Below are positions 54,703 to 64,000 of a stretch of 64,000 nucleotides of DNA, piece by piece. The stretch is taken from the NCBI GenBank assembly GCA_000146465.1, contig CP001951.1. The stretch is one strand, 5' to 3'. The first letter of the stretch is position 1. Every line of letters begins with the position of its first letter. The notes beneath the pieces were generated by a model. It saw nothing but the letters and a program-made list of their open reading frames with translations. It did not search any database and was not told the DNA's origin. A program made the position numbers and the translations under genes.

Positions 54703-56388
54703 ATGGTTGACTTCGGTGCTTCCAAGAAGACATTGCTGACAGGATTCATATTGATGGCATATTCAGACATTCTGAATAATAGAACATATGACCTTGTTGG
54801 AGTAGATCAAGGATATACAACTTTCAAAGGTTACCACTACAATGCGGAAAAAGACATGTATGACGAAGTGTTCAGCCACAAACACAAGGAAAAGATCCAT
54901 CTAGTTATCCCTGCGGACTTTACTGGAACCGGAAATGTAAGCTACATTCTTGTCTCGAAGAAAGGCCCGGAAAAGTTTAATATTTACATTTACTTCCGAG
55001 ACTATGACGAATCCCGGTATCTCGGAGAATCTATTACAGTTCCGCTGCTTTACGCTTGCCCAGATGACTTACGCCCACAACTACTTGTACAGTATAGCGA
55101 CGGACTTAAGAAAATTAGAATTGACGAGAGCGGAAATATGATCAAAGAACCTGCCGACGAGTATGGAAAGCTTCATAAGGAACATACATCTGCATTTGTT
55201 GAGGTTGATGGGAGTATGAAAGCCTGTCTTTGCCTTGTTCTAGATGATGGCCATGGAGGAAGACTTCTGAGGATTCTGAGCAACAGAAATGGAGAGTTTA
55301 TAAATTACTTTGAGATGAAACTACCTGATGAGATCGGCCCTATAGTTTTTGGAGACTTCAATGGAAATGGGATGAATGACATGGCATTTGTTCAGAAGAA
55401 TGGAGAAAAATATCTCCTAAAGATTTACTTTAATACAACCTCTAGAGTTGGTGATGGAGACAAGAGACTTCTTGGAGGATTTCTCCCTCACCAGATTGAT
55501 AGCACCATATTTTCGGAAGGAAACATGAAAGTCATAGACCTAAGCGAAGAATTTCCAAACTGCACACCAGTAATAAGGTCTGAAGATCACTTCGAAGGCC
55601 TTCCCTACGGGATATTTAATGCAGATCTCAGGGCAAAGGGAAGGCAGGACTTCTTCATTATAATGAAAGACATAGACAGCAGCATCCGGATTGGAGTCCT
55701 CGAAAACAACTCGAATCCAGATGACATTCGGTTGGGAAAGGCAGAGTATAACGAAGATATCTTTGGCCTCAAAAACATCATCTCGATAAGTTGTTGCGAC
55801 TATAACAACAAGGGACGAGAGGCAGTGTTCTTAAATAGAGTTGTGGACAATAATGCTGTTGTGGAGGCATACAAAAATGATCTTTCAAAGGAAAACCTTA
55901 AACTCAGTCTATCAACCATTCATCCTGGACTACAGAAGTATGGATCTGTTGTCCCAGGGGTGTCGTATCTGGTATCCTATGGAGATGGAGAAAGAATTAT
56001 CATTTCGAATCAAACACCATACAGTACGTTTGTACATCTAAAGCACCAGGTGGCGTACATTGGACTGGGTACAATGAACCTTATAGTCGACAGTCTGATG
56101 ATAGGAACACCTGGAAAGAACGGGAGTCCATATGCAGGCCCATATGTGATAGATTCGATAGCCATTCCAAACACGGACCTAGTTGTATATTTGGAAGAAA
56201 ACGAGAAATACACTGTAGAGGCACATTTCATTGTTGGAGATCATTTCAAAACTATTATCGGGACATTGCTTATAGTTGCAGGAGTGAATCTTGCCTTTAT
56301 ACTCTTACTCCAATACAGAGACAGAAGAAGAATTATAAAAGCAAAGAATATGGACAAACTTCATCCACTTTTCTCTACGTTGCAATAG
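54703..56388 (+). CDS. FG-GAP repeat type-I membrane protein, ITFG1/TIP (linkin)-like
   Basis: The track began at TTG 54667; the first ATG is 54703, preceded by AATCCCCAACA. A signal-like N-terminus (LLTGFILMAYS). FG-GAP/Ca-binding-like repeat FGDFNGNGMNDMAF. A single C-terminal TM (IIGTLLIVAGVNLAFILLLQY) followed by a basic stop-transfer RDRRRIIKAK. Confidence 0.4.
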   Translation: MVDFGASKKTLLTGFILMAYSDILNNRTYDLVGVDQGYTTFKGYHYNAEKDMYDEVFSHKHKEKIHLVIPADFTGTGNVSYILVSKKGPEKFNIYIYFRDYDESRYLGESITVPLLYACPDDLRPQLLVQYSDGLKKIRIDESGNMIKEPADEYGKLHKEHTSAFVEVDGSMKACLCLVLDDGHGGRLLRILSNRNGEFINYFEMKLPDEIGPIVFGDFNGNGMNDMAFVQKNGEKYLLKIYFNTTSRVGDGDKRLLGGFLPHQIDSTIFSEGNMKVIDLSEEFPNCTPVIRSEDHFEGLPYGIFNADLRAKGRQDFFIIMKDIDSSIRIGVLENNSNPDDIRLGKAEYNEDIFGLKNIISISCCDYNNKGREAVFLNRVVDNNAVVEAYKNDLSKENLKLSLSTIHPGLQKYGSVVPGVSYLVSYGDGERIIISNQTPYSTFVHLKHQVAYIGLGTMNLIVDSLMIGTPGKNGSPYAGPYVIDSIAIPNTDLVVYLEENEKYTVEAHFIVGDHFKTIIGTLLIVAGVNLAFILLLQYRDRRRIIKAKNMDKLHPLFSTLQ

Positions 56389-56458
56389 TGAATATATTAA
56401 AATCCAAAACCTTTATGTATTTTTAATGAAATATAAATATCTTTTCGAAATTTGGCTG

Positions 56459-58012
56459 TTATTCAGTCTCCATCTCCGTTAATGTTTTTCTATTCAGCCC
56501 TAGAGACTGCTTTTTGTTCAAGTAGAAAAGAAGCCCAACTAGAGAAAAGGCCAGCATTCCCACACTTAATATGTAAATCTCGACGTTGTCATAGGAGTAG
56601 TCCCCGGAGGCAAGGAATGCAACGGCAATTGGAGAAAATGTAAATGCCAGGTTCAGGATGCAATATATGGTGGCAAAGCCTGTTCCCAAGGACTCCTCTG
56701 ATACCAAAGATGGAATGCACGGCCAGTAGCATGCTATTAGCGGTCCAGAAAATCCTAAAAATGTAGCAGATGCATATGGAGATAGGAAGTTAAAGAATAT
56801 CCCTAGGTGCCCTAAGAGAAAAAGAATGCATCCAGCGCCAATCAGCCATAGCTTAAGTCCATATGCGTCTGTAATTGCACTTGTAAATGTAACCAATACT
56901 AGGGATATCCCTTCGATGATTGCCAGAACGTTTCCAGATGAGACAGGAGATAAACCGTATCTCTTTTGAAATAGCATTGGTGCTATTGTGTAGAATGGTG
57001 CCCATACCAAAGCAAACAAAAAGGACATCCCGACGAGTACATAGAAGGCTGAGTGATGAGTATTCTTTCCTTCAAGCCTCGGCTCGTAAAACAATATGCC
57101 TGACTCTTCAAAGAGTACTTTGGGCTTTCCCTTTTCAAGTCTACTTTTTATAGATGTGGTCTCTTTTCCATCTGCCTTCCAAGGAGAGAAGGGATTTTCA
57201 AAGAGAATTGGATCTGTTTGAAGAAGTTCCTTGGGCTTTGATTCTTTGTAATCATAGAAAAACGGGTTTTCCGGAATGCTTAGAGAGTTGGAAGCATCTC
57301 TGGGCGTGGGGTCGCTTGCTTTTAGAAGGAATCCCGAGTCCGACTCTTCAAGAAACCCTTCTCCAGGGTACATCTTTTCTTCTTGAACCTCATCCCCAAA
57401 TCCATTCTTTTGAAGTTCTATAAGCTTCTGCTTGAGTACCTTGTGAGATCTTTCCGAGTTATTTATTCTAAGACAGACCCAAAGTCCCAGAAGAGTCAGG
57501 AATATCCCAACCACACATGGAAACATCTTTCCAATATAATCTGCCAGGAAGGGAGTGACAAGGAAGTTTGCAACCGTGCCCATCCTGGCAATGCATGAAA
57601 AGATCCCCATTGCGAATCCTAACTCCTTCCCCTTGAATTCATAAGATATTAGTTTGTTCTGAATGACTGCAAAGCTCTCTCCTCCAATTCCAAAGAAAAA
57701 CCTCCCAATAAGCATGATCTTGAAGCTGTGGTTCCAAACTCCTATTGTGAAGATTAGATGTCCGAGAAAGACAAAAGCACATAGAAGCTTAGCCATGGTA
57801 GACTTCCTTACGTGGGTGATCCATCCAAAGAATACAGGGACAATTATGTTTGGTAGAGAGTACACCGAATAGAGTAAAGTTATTTTGTACTCTATGCCTG
57901 ATTCAGAGCCGAAGTCCATGTGATGGCTCAATGCAGACGGGATGTCATATACAAAATAAAATGAAAACAGTATTAATCCCGACAACAGAAGGATTCTATG
58001 TCTTTCTTTCAT
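56459..58012 (-). CDS. Major facilitator superfamily transporter
   Basis: 517 aa with about 12 predicted TM helices in two 6-helix halves separated by a long hydrophilic loop (aa ~190-310). MFS-like loop motifs (GWITHVRKSTMAK; GRFFFGIGGES). Confidence 0.55.
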   Translation of the reverse strand: MKERHRILLLSGLILFSFYFVYDIPSALSHHMDFGSESGIEYKITLLYSVYSLPNIIVPVFFGWITHVRKSTMAKLLCAFVFLGHLIFTIGVWNHSFKIMLIGRFFFGIGGESFAVIQNKLISYEFKGKELGFAMGIFSCIARMGTVANFLVTPFLADYIGKMFPCVVGIFLTLLGLWVCLRINNSERSHKVLKQKLIELQKNGFGDEVQEEKMYPGEGFLEESDSGFLLKASDPTPRDASNSLSIPENPFFYDYKESKPKELLQTDPILFENPFSPWKADGKETTSIKSRLEKGKPKVLFEESGILFYEPRLEGKNTHHSAFYVLVGMSFLFALVWAPFYTIAPMLFQKRYGLSPVSSGNVLAIIEGISLVLVTFTSAITDAYGLKLWLIGAGCILFLLGHLGIFFNFLSPYASATFLGFSGPLIACYWPCIPSLVSEESLGTGFATIYCILNLAFTFSPIAVAFLASGDYSYDNVEIYILSVGMLAFSLVGLLFYLNKKQSLGLNRKTLTEMETE

Positions 58013-58136
58013 TGTTGTTAATGAATAGCTATACCTTTTATTTCAGATTCTGTTTCAAAACTATCCAATCAAGTATAAGTGTATGGAAGGTTCTGGATGG
58101 CTGATGGGATCGCAAAACTTAACAGAACAGCTTTAA

Positions 58137-59342
58137 TCATGTAAAGTATAGAAGCTTCGACTTTTTTCTACTGAGAACCTCCTGTATTCCATCCATGAAG
58201 TCATTTTGGGAGATTTCGGTCTTTTCCCTTCTAAGAGCTGCCATTCCTGCCTCCACACAGACTGCTTTGCATTGTGCCCCGTTAAATCCCTCGGTACTTC
58301 TTGCAAGCTCATCAAAGTTGACATCGTCTCTGACACTCATATTTCTTGCATGGATCTGGAGAATCCTTTTTCTTCCTAGTGCATTTGGAAGGGGAAATTC
58401 AATCTTTCTATCAAGTCTTCCGCTTCTTAACAATGCCGGATCTAAGATATCCACCCTATTGGTTGCAGCAATGATCTTTACCTCCTCGGTGGAGGAAAAA
58501 CCGTCAAGCTGGTTGAGAAGCTCCAACATGGTTCTCTGAACCTCTCTGTCTCCAGTCTGATCAGAGTCAGATCTCTTGGCTCCTATCGCGTCAATTTCAT
58601 CTATGAAGATAATTGTTGGCTTTTTCTCCTTTGCAAGAGCAAATGCATCCCTGACAAGCCTTGCTCCATCTCCAATATACATTTGTACAAGCTGAGGGCC
58701 TGCGAGCTTCAAAAATGTTGCATTCGTTTTGCTTGCGCATGCTCGTGCCATCAGTGTTTTCCCCGTACCAGGAGGACCGTACATCAAGACCCCCTTAGGA
58801 GGCTTTATGTTCAGCTTTTCAAATCTTTCTGGATGTGTGAGGGAAAGAACTATTGCCTCATTTAGCTCCTCTATCTGTCTTTCTAGCCCTCCAATGTCCT
58901 CGTAGGTTTCGTCGGGCTTTGCATCAGACTTCAAAACCATTCCCCCGACCTTCATGTCATAGTCGGGTGGAAGCTTCTCAAATACTATGTTTGTGTCCTT
59001 ATGTAAAGCTACAAGATCTCCAGGGCGAAGTTCGGAATTGGGAATAAGTCCTGTAATAGGAAGATATGAAGACATCCTTGTAGATGCATTGACAACAGCA
59101 CTTTGATTATCAAGAACCTCCACAACGTTCCCAACAAGGTATGGAAGCTGCTTGTTGAGTCTTATTCTTTCCATGTTTTCTGCAATCGACGCATTCTTTG
59201 TCGAAATATCATGCTTAATAGTATTCACCCGGCTCTGAAGAATCCTAGTCTCCGAATTCAGCATCCGGATCTTCTCCCGCACCTTTTCAAGAAACTCTTC
59301 GGGATTACTTTGATCCATCATTTCAAGCTCCTCCAGAGACAT
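58137..59342 (-). CDS. RPT5: 26S proteasome regulatory AAA-ATPase subunit Rpt5 (PSMC3 orthologue)
   Basis: ATG preceded by [85 protein letters not shown]...[19 protein letters not shown]...[32 protein letters not shown] is near-identical to PSMC3/Rpt5, including the N-terminal OB region ([25 protein letters not shown]). Confidence 0.9.
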   Translation of the reverse strand: MSLEELEMMDQSNPEEFLEKVREKIRMLNSETRILQSRVNTIKHDISTKNASIAENMERIRLNKQLPYLVGNVVEVLDNQSAVVNASTRMSSYLPITGLIPNSELRPGDLVALHKDTNIVFEKLPPDYDMKVGGMVLKSDAKPDETYEDIGGLERQIEELNEAIVLSLTHPERFEKLNIKPPKGVLMYGPPGTGKTLMARACASKTNATFLKLAGPQLVQMYIGDGARLVRDAFALAKEKKPTIIFIDEIDAIGAKRSDSDQTGDREVQRTMLELLNQLDGFSSTEEVKIIAATNRVDILDPALLRSGRLDRKIEFPLPNALGRKRILQIHARNMSVRDDVNFDELARSTEGFNGAQCKAVCVEAGMAALRREKTEISQNDFMDGIQEVLSRKKSKLLYFT

Positions 59343-59413
59343 CTTAGGGCCTCAGCCTCCAATTTTTTATCTTTCAAAACAATATCAAAAACAAGGCTTT
59401 TCTCCAAAACAAT

Positions 59414-60622
59414 TCAATTGATTTCTTTTTTTTTCGGAAGTTTGTCAACCACATGCTTGTAAAACTCAAGTCTTCTATTGAAATGGTTCAGGAGTTTTTG
59501 TGCACATTTATAATATTGTGTGTCTTTACCATTGTATGTAAAGCAATTATTCACCATTAAGTTCACGTCTTCAACAAACGCTTCAATGAATTTGTATTCA
59601 TTGTTTTTTAACTTAGATGACATCGTAGACAGATCCATAGGTTTGGATATACATTTGTAGTAGTTAGGGACTTCCTTAGGATCCACAGGCTTCAAAAATG
59701 GCCAGGCATATGCATTGATGCAAAGATCAGATATAAGATACGAAATAAACCTGTCCTGGCACCTCTGATCATTGGTCTCCTCTGCAGAATACCTTGCATT
59801 CAAGACTCCTGGAATATCGTTGACGTCTTTAATTTCCGAGTAGTCATCTATCTTCCGAATAATATGATATTCATTGACCTTCTTCATCTCTTCAAACAAC
59901 TTTCTTTTCCTATCTTGAATAATCTCCTGCTTTTTCAAATAGTTAATTTCCCAGAGTACACAGCACTCTACTATTGTGCCCCCTTCATAGTCCTTAATAA
60001 ACCCAATCCATCCTCCAAATCTTATCTCTGTTGTAAATCCTTGTTTCTTGAAGTACCCTATTGCAAAGTTGTCTGCATATGTTACCAAGTAGAGGGATGG
60101 GGCATTGCTTTCAGGAGTTCTGCATAGAAGCGGGGTGAGATCTTCTATAACCCTATTCTTCTGTTTAGGGCTCCCTGAAAGGCCATTTGATGGTTTCTCA
60201 AAATAGCTTCTTATCTCTTCCTTAATGACCTCCTTAAAGAGATCCATCATAAATCCTCCAATTCCTTTTACTTGGAAATCATAGTCTACAGCTAAGAACA
60301 CAATTTCTACAAAGTTTCTCTCAAAAAACGGTCTGTAACATATTCCGCCAACCACTTCTCCTACGGAGTTCAGCAGTACCAGGTTGGCATGCTTTGTGTC
60401 GAATACTTGTCTGAGAATGTATTCCCCAGGCATCTTGGAGAGCTGATTCTGGAAAAGATACTTGGTTCTCAGAAGAAGTATCTTGTCTACACATGGATCC
60501 GACGACGACACAACAACAGCCTTCAGCTCCCCATTCTTGAACTTCGCATACAACATTTCTTTTTCATTTCTCCATGTTTGGTTTCTTTCCAATCCAAAAA
60601 GATTCGTTTCAACACTATCCAT
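59414..60622 (-). CDS. GCN5: Histone acetyltransferase Gcn5 (GNAT HAT domain + bromodomain)
   Basis: The first ATG is 60620-22 (rc), preceded by GGGCAGAAAGG; the track started at TTG 60737-39, which created a spurious 83-nt overlap with the next gene. HAT: KILLLRTKYLFQNQLSKMPGEYILRQVFD...VVGGICYRPFFERNFVEIVFLAVDYDFQVKGIGGFMM. Bromodomain: AWPFLKPVDPKEVPNYYKCISKPMDLSTMSSKLKNNEYKFIEAFVEDVNLMVNNCFTYNGKDTQYYKCAQKL. Confidence 0.85.
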   Translation of the reverse strand: MDSVETNLFGLERNQTWRNEKEMLYAKFKNGELKAVVVSSSDPCVDKILLLRTKYLFQNQLSKMPGEYILRQVFDTKHANLVLLNSVGEVVGGICYRPFFERNFVEIVFLAVDYDFQVKGIGGFMMDLFKEVIKEEIRSYFEKPSNGLSGSPKQKNRVIEDLTPLLCRTPESNAPSLYLVTYADNFAIGYFKKQGFTTEIRFGGWIGFIKDYEGGTIVECCVLWEINYLKKQEIIQDRKRKLFEEMKKVNEYHIIRKIDDYSEIKDVNDIPGVLNARYSAEETNDQRCQDRFISYLISDLCINAYAWPFLKPVDPKEVPNYYKCISKPMDLSTMSSKLKNNEYKFIEAFVEDVNLMVNNCFTYNGKDTQYYKCAQKLLNHFNRRLEFYKHVVDKLPKKKEIN

Positions 60623-60656
60623 CCTTTCTGCCCTAGTTAATCTCCGGTTTATATCC

Positions 60657-61355
60657 TTACCCTTCGTTCCTCTTGTATCTTTCCGCCACAATTGTTGTTT
60701 CAAGGTGCTTGAGCCTTGCAATTCCTGCAAGAGCTCCAATAATTCCCCCTCCTACCACGTCAGAGGCAAAGTGCTTGTTATCTATCACACGGCTTGCTCC
60801 CACAGCAATAGGAACCATTAAAAATAGAGAGTAAAGCATAAAAACAATCCCCCGGTTCACCTTTGCTCTAAGTTCGGGAAGACTAAGCTCCTTGTATATG
60901 AAGAAAGCTAGAAACATAAACCCACATGCAGCAATCGAGGTGTGTCCAGACGGGAAACTCTTTCTTCCCTCCATCACAATAGAGGGATCTCCAGTACACT
61001 TTCCTCCAACAGGAATGCATCTGTCCAAAAAATCAGGTCTGAGTCTTCCAACAACATTCTTCATGTTCTCAACAATGGCGGATGTGAAGAGACAAGCCAC
61101 TAGAAATGACATATAAAAGTATATCTCATCAACTCTCTTTACTATGTTGATCCGAAAAGTTCCAAACATAATTCCAAGAGGTGCAAGAATAGATATGGCT
61201 GCAATCTCTACAAATGTTATTGTATCGTGGTATAAATACGACTTAGATATTGACCTGTCGTTTACATTAAAGGGCCGTTCATATGGCTCTACTGTACTTG
61301 AGAGAAATAAGAGGCCTATGGACACAATCGTGATGGCAAGCATTTCTCTTGTCAT
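60657..61355 (-). CDS. PAP2-family lipid phosphate phosphatase
   Basis: Three signature motifs: KNVVGRLRPDF (K-x6-RP), SFPSGHTS (PSGH), SRVIDNKHFASDVVGGGIIG (SR-x5-H-x3-D). Six TM helices. Confidence 0.8.
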   Translation of the reverse strand: MTREMLAITIVSIGLLFLSSTVEPYERPFNVNDRSISKSYLYHDTITFVEIAAISILAPLGIMFGTFRINIVKRVDEIYFYMSFLVACLFTSAIVENMKNVVGRLRPDFLDRCIPVGGKCTGDPSIVMEGRKSFPSGHTSIAACGFMFLAFFIYKELSLPELRAKVNRGIVFMLYSLFLMVPIAVGASRVIDNKHFASDVVGGGIIGALAGIARLKHLETTIVAERYKRNEG

Positions 61356-61429
61356 TGTTGATCGATCCCTTGCAATTATTTGTAGTTATAACAAATAAAG
61401 AAAAGCCCAAAAATCAACATAAACGGAGT

Positions 61430-62038
61430 TTATTGAAGCACTTTGTCTCCGGGATAGAAATATCTTTGGACCCCATTCCTAGAAATTGCAGACATTCTTA
61501 TGCATCCTCCAGAAGCATTGTCTCTGTTTATTGCACACGAAACTGCGTTTTTGATAAATCCAATTCCTTCCTCAAGACTCATCCCATTTTTCCAATTAAC
61601 ATCGCAATAGCCATATATAAACGCAGATCCAGAGCCTCCAATTGCCCAATCGCACTCCACAAGCGTCCCTCCGAGAGATATGTTGAAGATCCTTGGCTTA
61701 TCGTCGTATCCAGCAACTATGAGACCTGCCAAGAGGCTTGGATTCTCATATATGATCTTACTAGCCAGTGTTGCTGCTCTTTGAACCAAAGGAATAGAGC
61801 TTTCAAGATGTGAATACAGAGTAAGATACATCTTTAGGTACTCAGAAATCATTTGTGTATCTGCCGAGCTCCCTGACCTACAAACAAATATGTTATTTGT
61901 AATCGGTGTAAGCTTGTCAGTCACTCTGCTTGGGATATATGCTCCCATCGATGTTCTTGAGTCTGCTCCAATCAATACTCCATCATCATACTTTATTGCA
62001 ATAATGGTGGTGCCTGTCATCTCCTTCTTATTAAACAT
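61430..62038 (-). CDS. 20S proteasome catalytic subunit beta1 (PSMB6/Pre3-type)
   Basis: Propeptide MFNKKEMTG, then the mature N-terminal Thr: [53 protein letters not shown]...[13 protein letters not shown]...GGCIRMSAI aligns along its length with beta1 ([53 protein letters not shown]). Confidence 0.85.
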   Translation of the reverse strand: [202 protein letters not shown]

Positions 62039-62055
62039 CTTCCAAGGGCAAGGCT
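62039..62055 (-). promoter_or_regulatory. Start-proximal leader AGCCTTGCCCTTGGAAG immediately 5' of the proteasome beta1 ATG
   Basis: The reverse complement of 62039-62055 reads AGCCTTGCCCTTGGAAG-ATG. It differs from the eL42 leader (36894-36910) only by one T insertion and one A deletion. Confidence 0.45.
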
Positions 62056-62110
62056 ATCTTTCTTTTGTTATCAAAGATACCAAAAACACCTCGATAGAAA
62101 TGTATCACTC

Positions 62111-63979
62111 CTAGACAATGTTCTTAAGAGGGAGTGTGAGATTAACAACAATGTTCTCTTCAGTTGTGTCTCTGTCCACACAGAAATACCCAATGCGTTG
62201 GAATTGGAATCTATCCTCGACACCGGCTTCACTAATTCTTTTGTCGCAAAGCCCGTGGACAATTTTTAGACTATCTTTGTTCATCTCCTCAAGATAGGTA
62301 GAGTCCTTTGGACTGAATGATGTCCAGAGTGGAGAATACATCCTCATCTCTACTCGGACACAGTCCGAACTAACCCAGTGGATGAACTTTTTAGGAATCC
62401 CATCCCATCTTTCTGCAAGGATCCCGTCTTCAGTTACCTTTACAACCCTTATTGGATAAAGCATGTACAACCCAACAGGCTGATCAAGTGTAAGTCTTAA
62501 AAAGTCTCCATCTCCCTTATCCATAAAGTCCGACTTCTCTATGTATATGACTGGAGTAAAGGGAACATTTCTGCTTACCTCTGATCCAGGGAAATCTGGA
62601 ATAGATACACTACAGGGCTCGGCGTTCATTATTGTTACCTTTAAAGGATCTCTTACACACATGATCCTTCTAGAAGTTCTGTTGAGATTGTCTCTAACAA
62701 AATTCTCGAGTTTCTTTACATCCACTATTGTTTCAGCAAAAGTAAGTCCAAGACTCTTACAGAACTCGTTGATGGCTTCAGGAGGGAATCCTCTCCTTCT
62801 CATGCCCTTTATTGTAAAAAGACGGGGATCGTCCAACTCTATCCCATACTTCTTCAGAGGGACCAGCTTCCTCTTGCTCAAAACCGTATTACTTATGTTC
62901 AGACGGCTAAACTCCCATTGGATTGGTTTGTAAATCTCGAGCTGGTCAAGCAGCCAATGATAGCTCTCCTGCCGTGTAAAGAACTCTCTCGTGCAGAAGG
63001 AGTGTGTTACATCTTCCAGGCTGTCAGACACGCAAAGAGCGAACTCATATGTTGGATACACGGTATATCTCACCTTTTTCATAGGATGCACTGCATTCAG
63101 TATTCGAATCCCTATCAAGTCAAGCATTAGAGGATTCTTTGTATTCGTATCCATTTTGAATCGAAGACATGCTGTTCCTTCTTCCCACTTACCATCAACC
63201 ATCTCCTGAAAGATTCTTAAATTCTCCTCGACCGACCTGTTTCTGTATTGGCTTAGATGTGATCTTTCATTCATGTTGTCTGATGTGTATTGTCTTCTTC
63301 TCTCACATATTTCCTCCTGGCTTAAGTGGCAGACATATGCTTTTCCCTTTTTTATAAGCTGAAATCCAAACTCAACCATCTTGTCGAAGTAATCGCTTGA
63401 TGCAGTAACCTTATAGGGCTCAAACCCAAGCCATCGAACGTCCTCATAAATCGAATCAAAGTACTCCACTTCTTCGTTCTTTGGATTTGTATCATCATAT
63501 CTCAAATAAGTATATCCTCCAAATTTCTTGGCATATTCAAAGCTCAAATTTATTGCCTTTGCATGCCCAATATGGAGAATCCCGTTAGGTTCAGGAGGAA
63601 ATCTGGTAACCACTCTCCCTCCTGTTCTCTTTAAGTGCGCTTGCCTTATCTCTTCACTGACCTGTGGGGTTTCCCCAGGTTTTGGAAGTTTCCTGATCTC
63701 TCCTTCTTCCAGCCAGTCTCCTCCTTCTAGGTTTTCCTCATGCTCTTCCACATCATCGGGGATCTTATTTATTTCTTCCATCACAATTCTGAAATCCGCG
63801 CAAGGCATGGTATTTCTTGCTTTGCTAAGCATATCTTTCTTTGATAATCCCTCTCTCCTCATCTTAGCAATGTTATTCTTTATACTCTCCTCGTCAACTT
63901 CATTGGACTTTACAAAGGAAACCATTTCCTCGGCCGAAACCTCTTTTTTCCCCATATGTTTTAAGCACTCCTTCAGCAT
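62111..63979 (-). CDS. Glutaminyl-tRNA synthetase (class I). The 5' end is possibly truncated by the window edge.
   Basis: HIGH motif PEPNGILHIGHAKA. KMSKS variant VLSKRKL. GlnRS-specific acceptor-binding and anticodon-binding beta-barrel blocks (YDDTNP, RYDDTNPKNEE...). The reading frame upstream of the ATG at 63977-79 stays open to position 64000, and that ATG lacks the usual CCC leader, so the true start may lie outside the window. Confidence 0.85.
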   Translation of the reverse strand: MLKECLKHMGKKEVSAEEMVSFVKSNEVDEESIKNNIAKMRREGLSKKDMLSKARNTMPCADFRIVMEEINKIPDDVEEHEENLEGGDWLEEGEIRKLPKPGETPQVSEEIRQAHLKRTGGRVVTRFPPEPNGILHIGHAKAINLSFEYAKKFGGYTYLRYDDTNPKNEEVEYFDSIYEDVRWLGFEPYKVTASSDYFDKMVEFGFQLIKKGKAYVCHLSQEEICERRRQYTSDNMNERSHLSQYRNRSVEENLRIFQEMVDGKWEEGTACLRFKMDTNTKNPLMLDLIGIRILNAVHPMKKVRYTVYPTYEFALCVSDSLEDVTHSFCTREFFTRQESYHWLLDQLEIYKPIQWEFSRLNISNTVLSKRKLVPLKKYGIELDDPRLFTIKGMRRRGFPPEAINEFCKSLGLTFAETIVDVKKLENFVRDNLNRTSRRIMCVRDPLKVTIMNAEPCSVSIPDFPGSEVSRNVPFTPVIYIEKSDFMDKGDGDFLRLTLDQPVGLYMLYPIRVVKVTEDGILAERWDGIPKKFIHWVSSDCVRVEMRMYSPLWTSFSPKDSTYLEEMNKDSLKIVHGLCDKRISEAGVEDRFQFQRIGYFCVDRDTTEENIVVNLTLPLKNIV

Positions 63980-64000
63980 ACTCTCGTTCTTTATGGTTCC

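Noticed and set aside
1-64000. Prokaryotic-style systems (CRISPR arrays, IS/transposon ends, integrases, toxin-antitoxin, restriction-modification, phage modules, operons with RBS)
   Set aside because: No direct-repeat/spacer arrays, no terminal inverted repeats flanking transposase-like ORFs, no Shine-Dalgarno spacing. Every assignable gene is a eukaryotic nuclear housekeeping orthologue (histone-fold TAF, proteasome, importin, formin, etc.).

Overview
This 64-kb window reads as a gene-dense, apparently intron-free eukaryotic nuclear segment. It holds about 43 protein-coding genes on both strands plus one tRNA-Ala. Intergenic spacers are mostly 5-170 bp, and proteins are shortened relative to yeast/human orthologues. 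A CCC/GGG (often CCCTT) motif recurs within ~20 nt upstream of most ATGs, and AATAAA lies at or inside gene ends. That organisation is what I would expect of a microsporidian (Encephalitozoon-like) genome; this is inference, since no database search was possible. Content is core housekeeping. Replication: DNA Pol epsilon catalytic subunit, a Pol alpha/epsilon B-subunit, an ORC2-like protein. Nucleotide-excision repair: XPA/RAD14, ERCC1/RAD10, RAD6. Ubiquitin-proteasome: a 2413-aa HECT ligase, UFD1, Rpt5, proteasome beta1, an APC1-like PC-repeat protein. Chromatin and transcription: ISWI, GCN5, ING-PHD, TAF6, CK2 beta. RNA: PABP, CPSF73-like, RRP4, GlnRS, eL42, P1/P2. Trafficking: Sec7 ARF-GEF, DH RhoGEF, importin-beta, a SNARE-like tail-anchored ORF, a formin. 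Lipid enzymes: a PlsC-type acyltransferase, a NIF/Nem1-like phosphatase, a PAP2 phosphatase, an inositol 5-phosphatase. Transporters and channels: an ABCB half-transporter, an MFS transporter, an EF-hand MscS channel. I see no prokaryotic-type systems (CRISPR, IS elements, prophage, defence islands). The most noteworthy observations are: AATAAATG stop/polyA/start stacking at two gene junctions; a 4-nt ATGA gene overlap; a formin with a PTEN-like N-terminus and no FH1; an EF-hand MscS-like channel; a shared CCCTTGGAA(A)G-ATG leader on two genes; several unassignable ORFs; and a set of TTG/GTG pseudo-starts in the supplied ORF track that I re-called to the first ATG.
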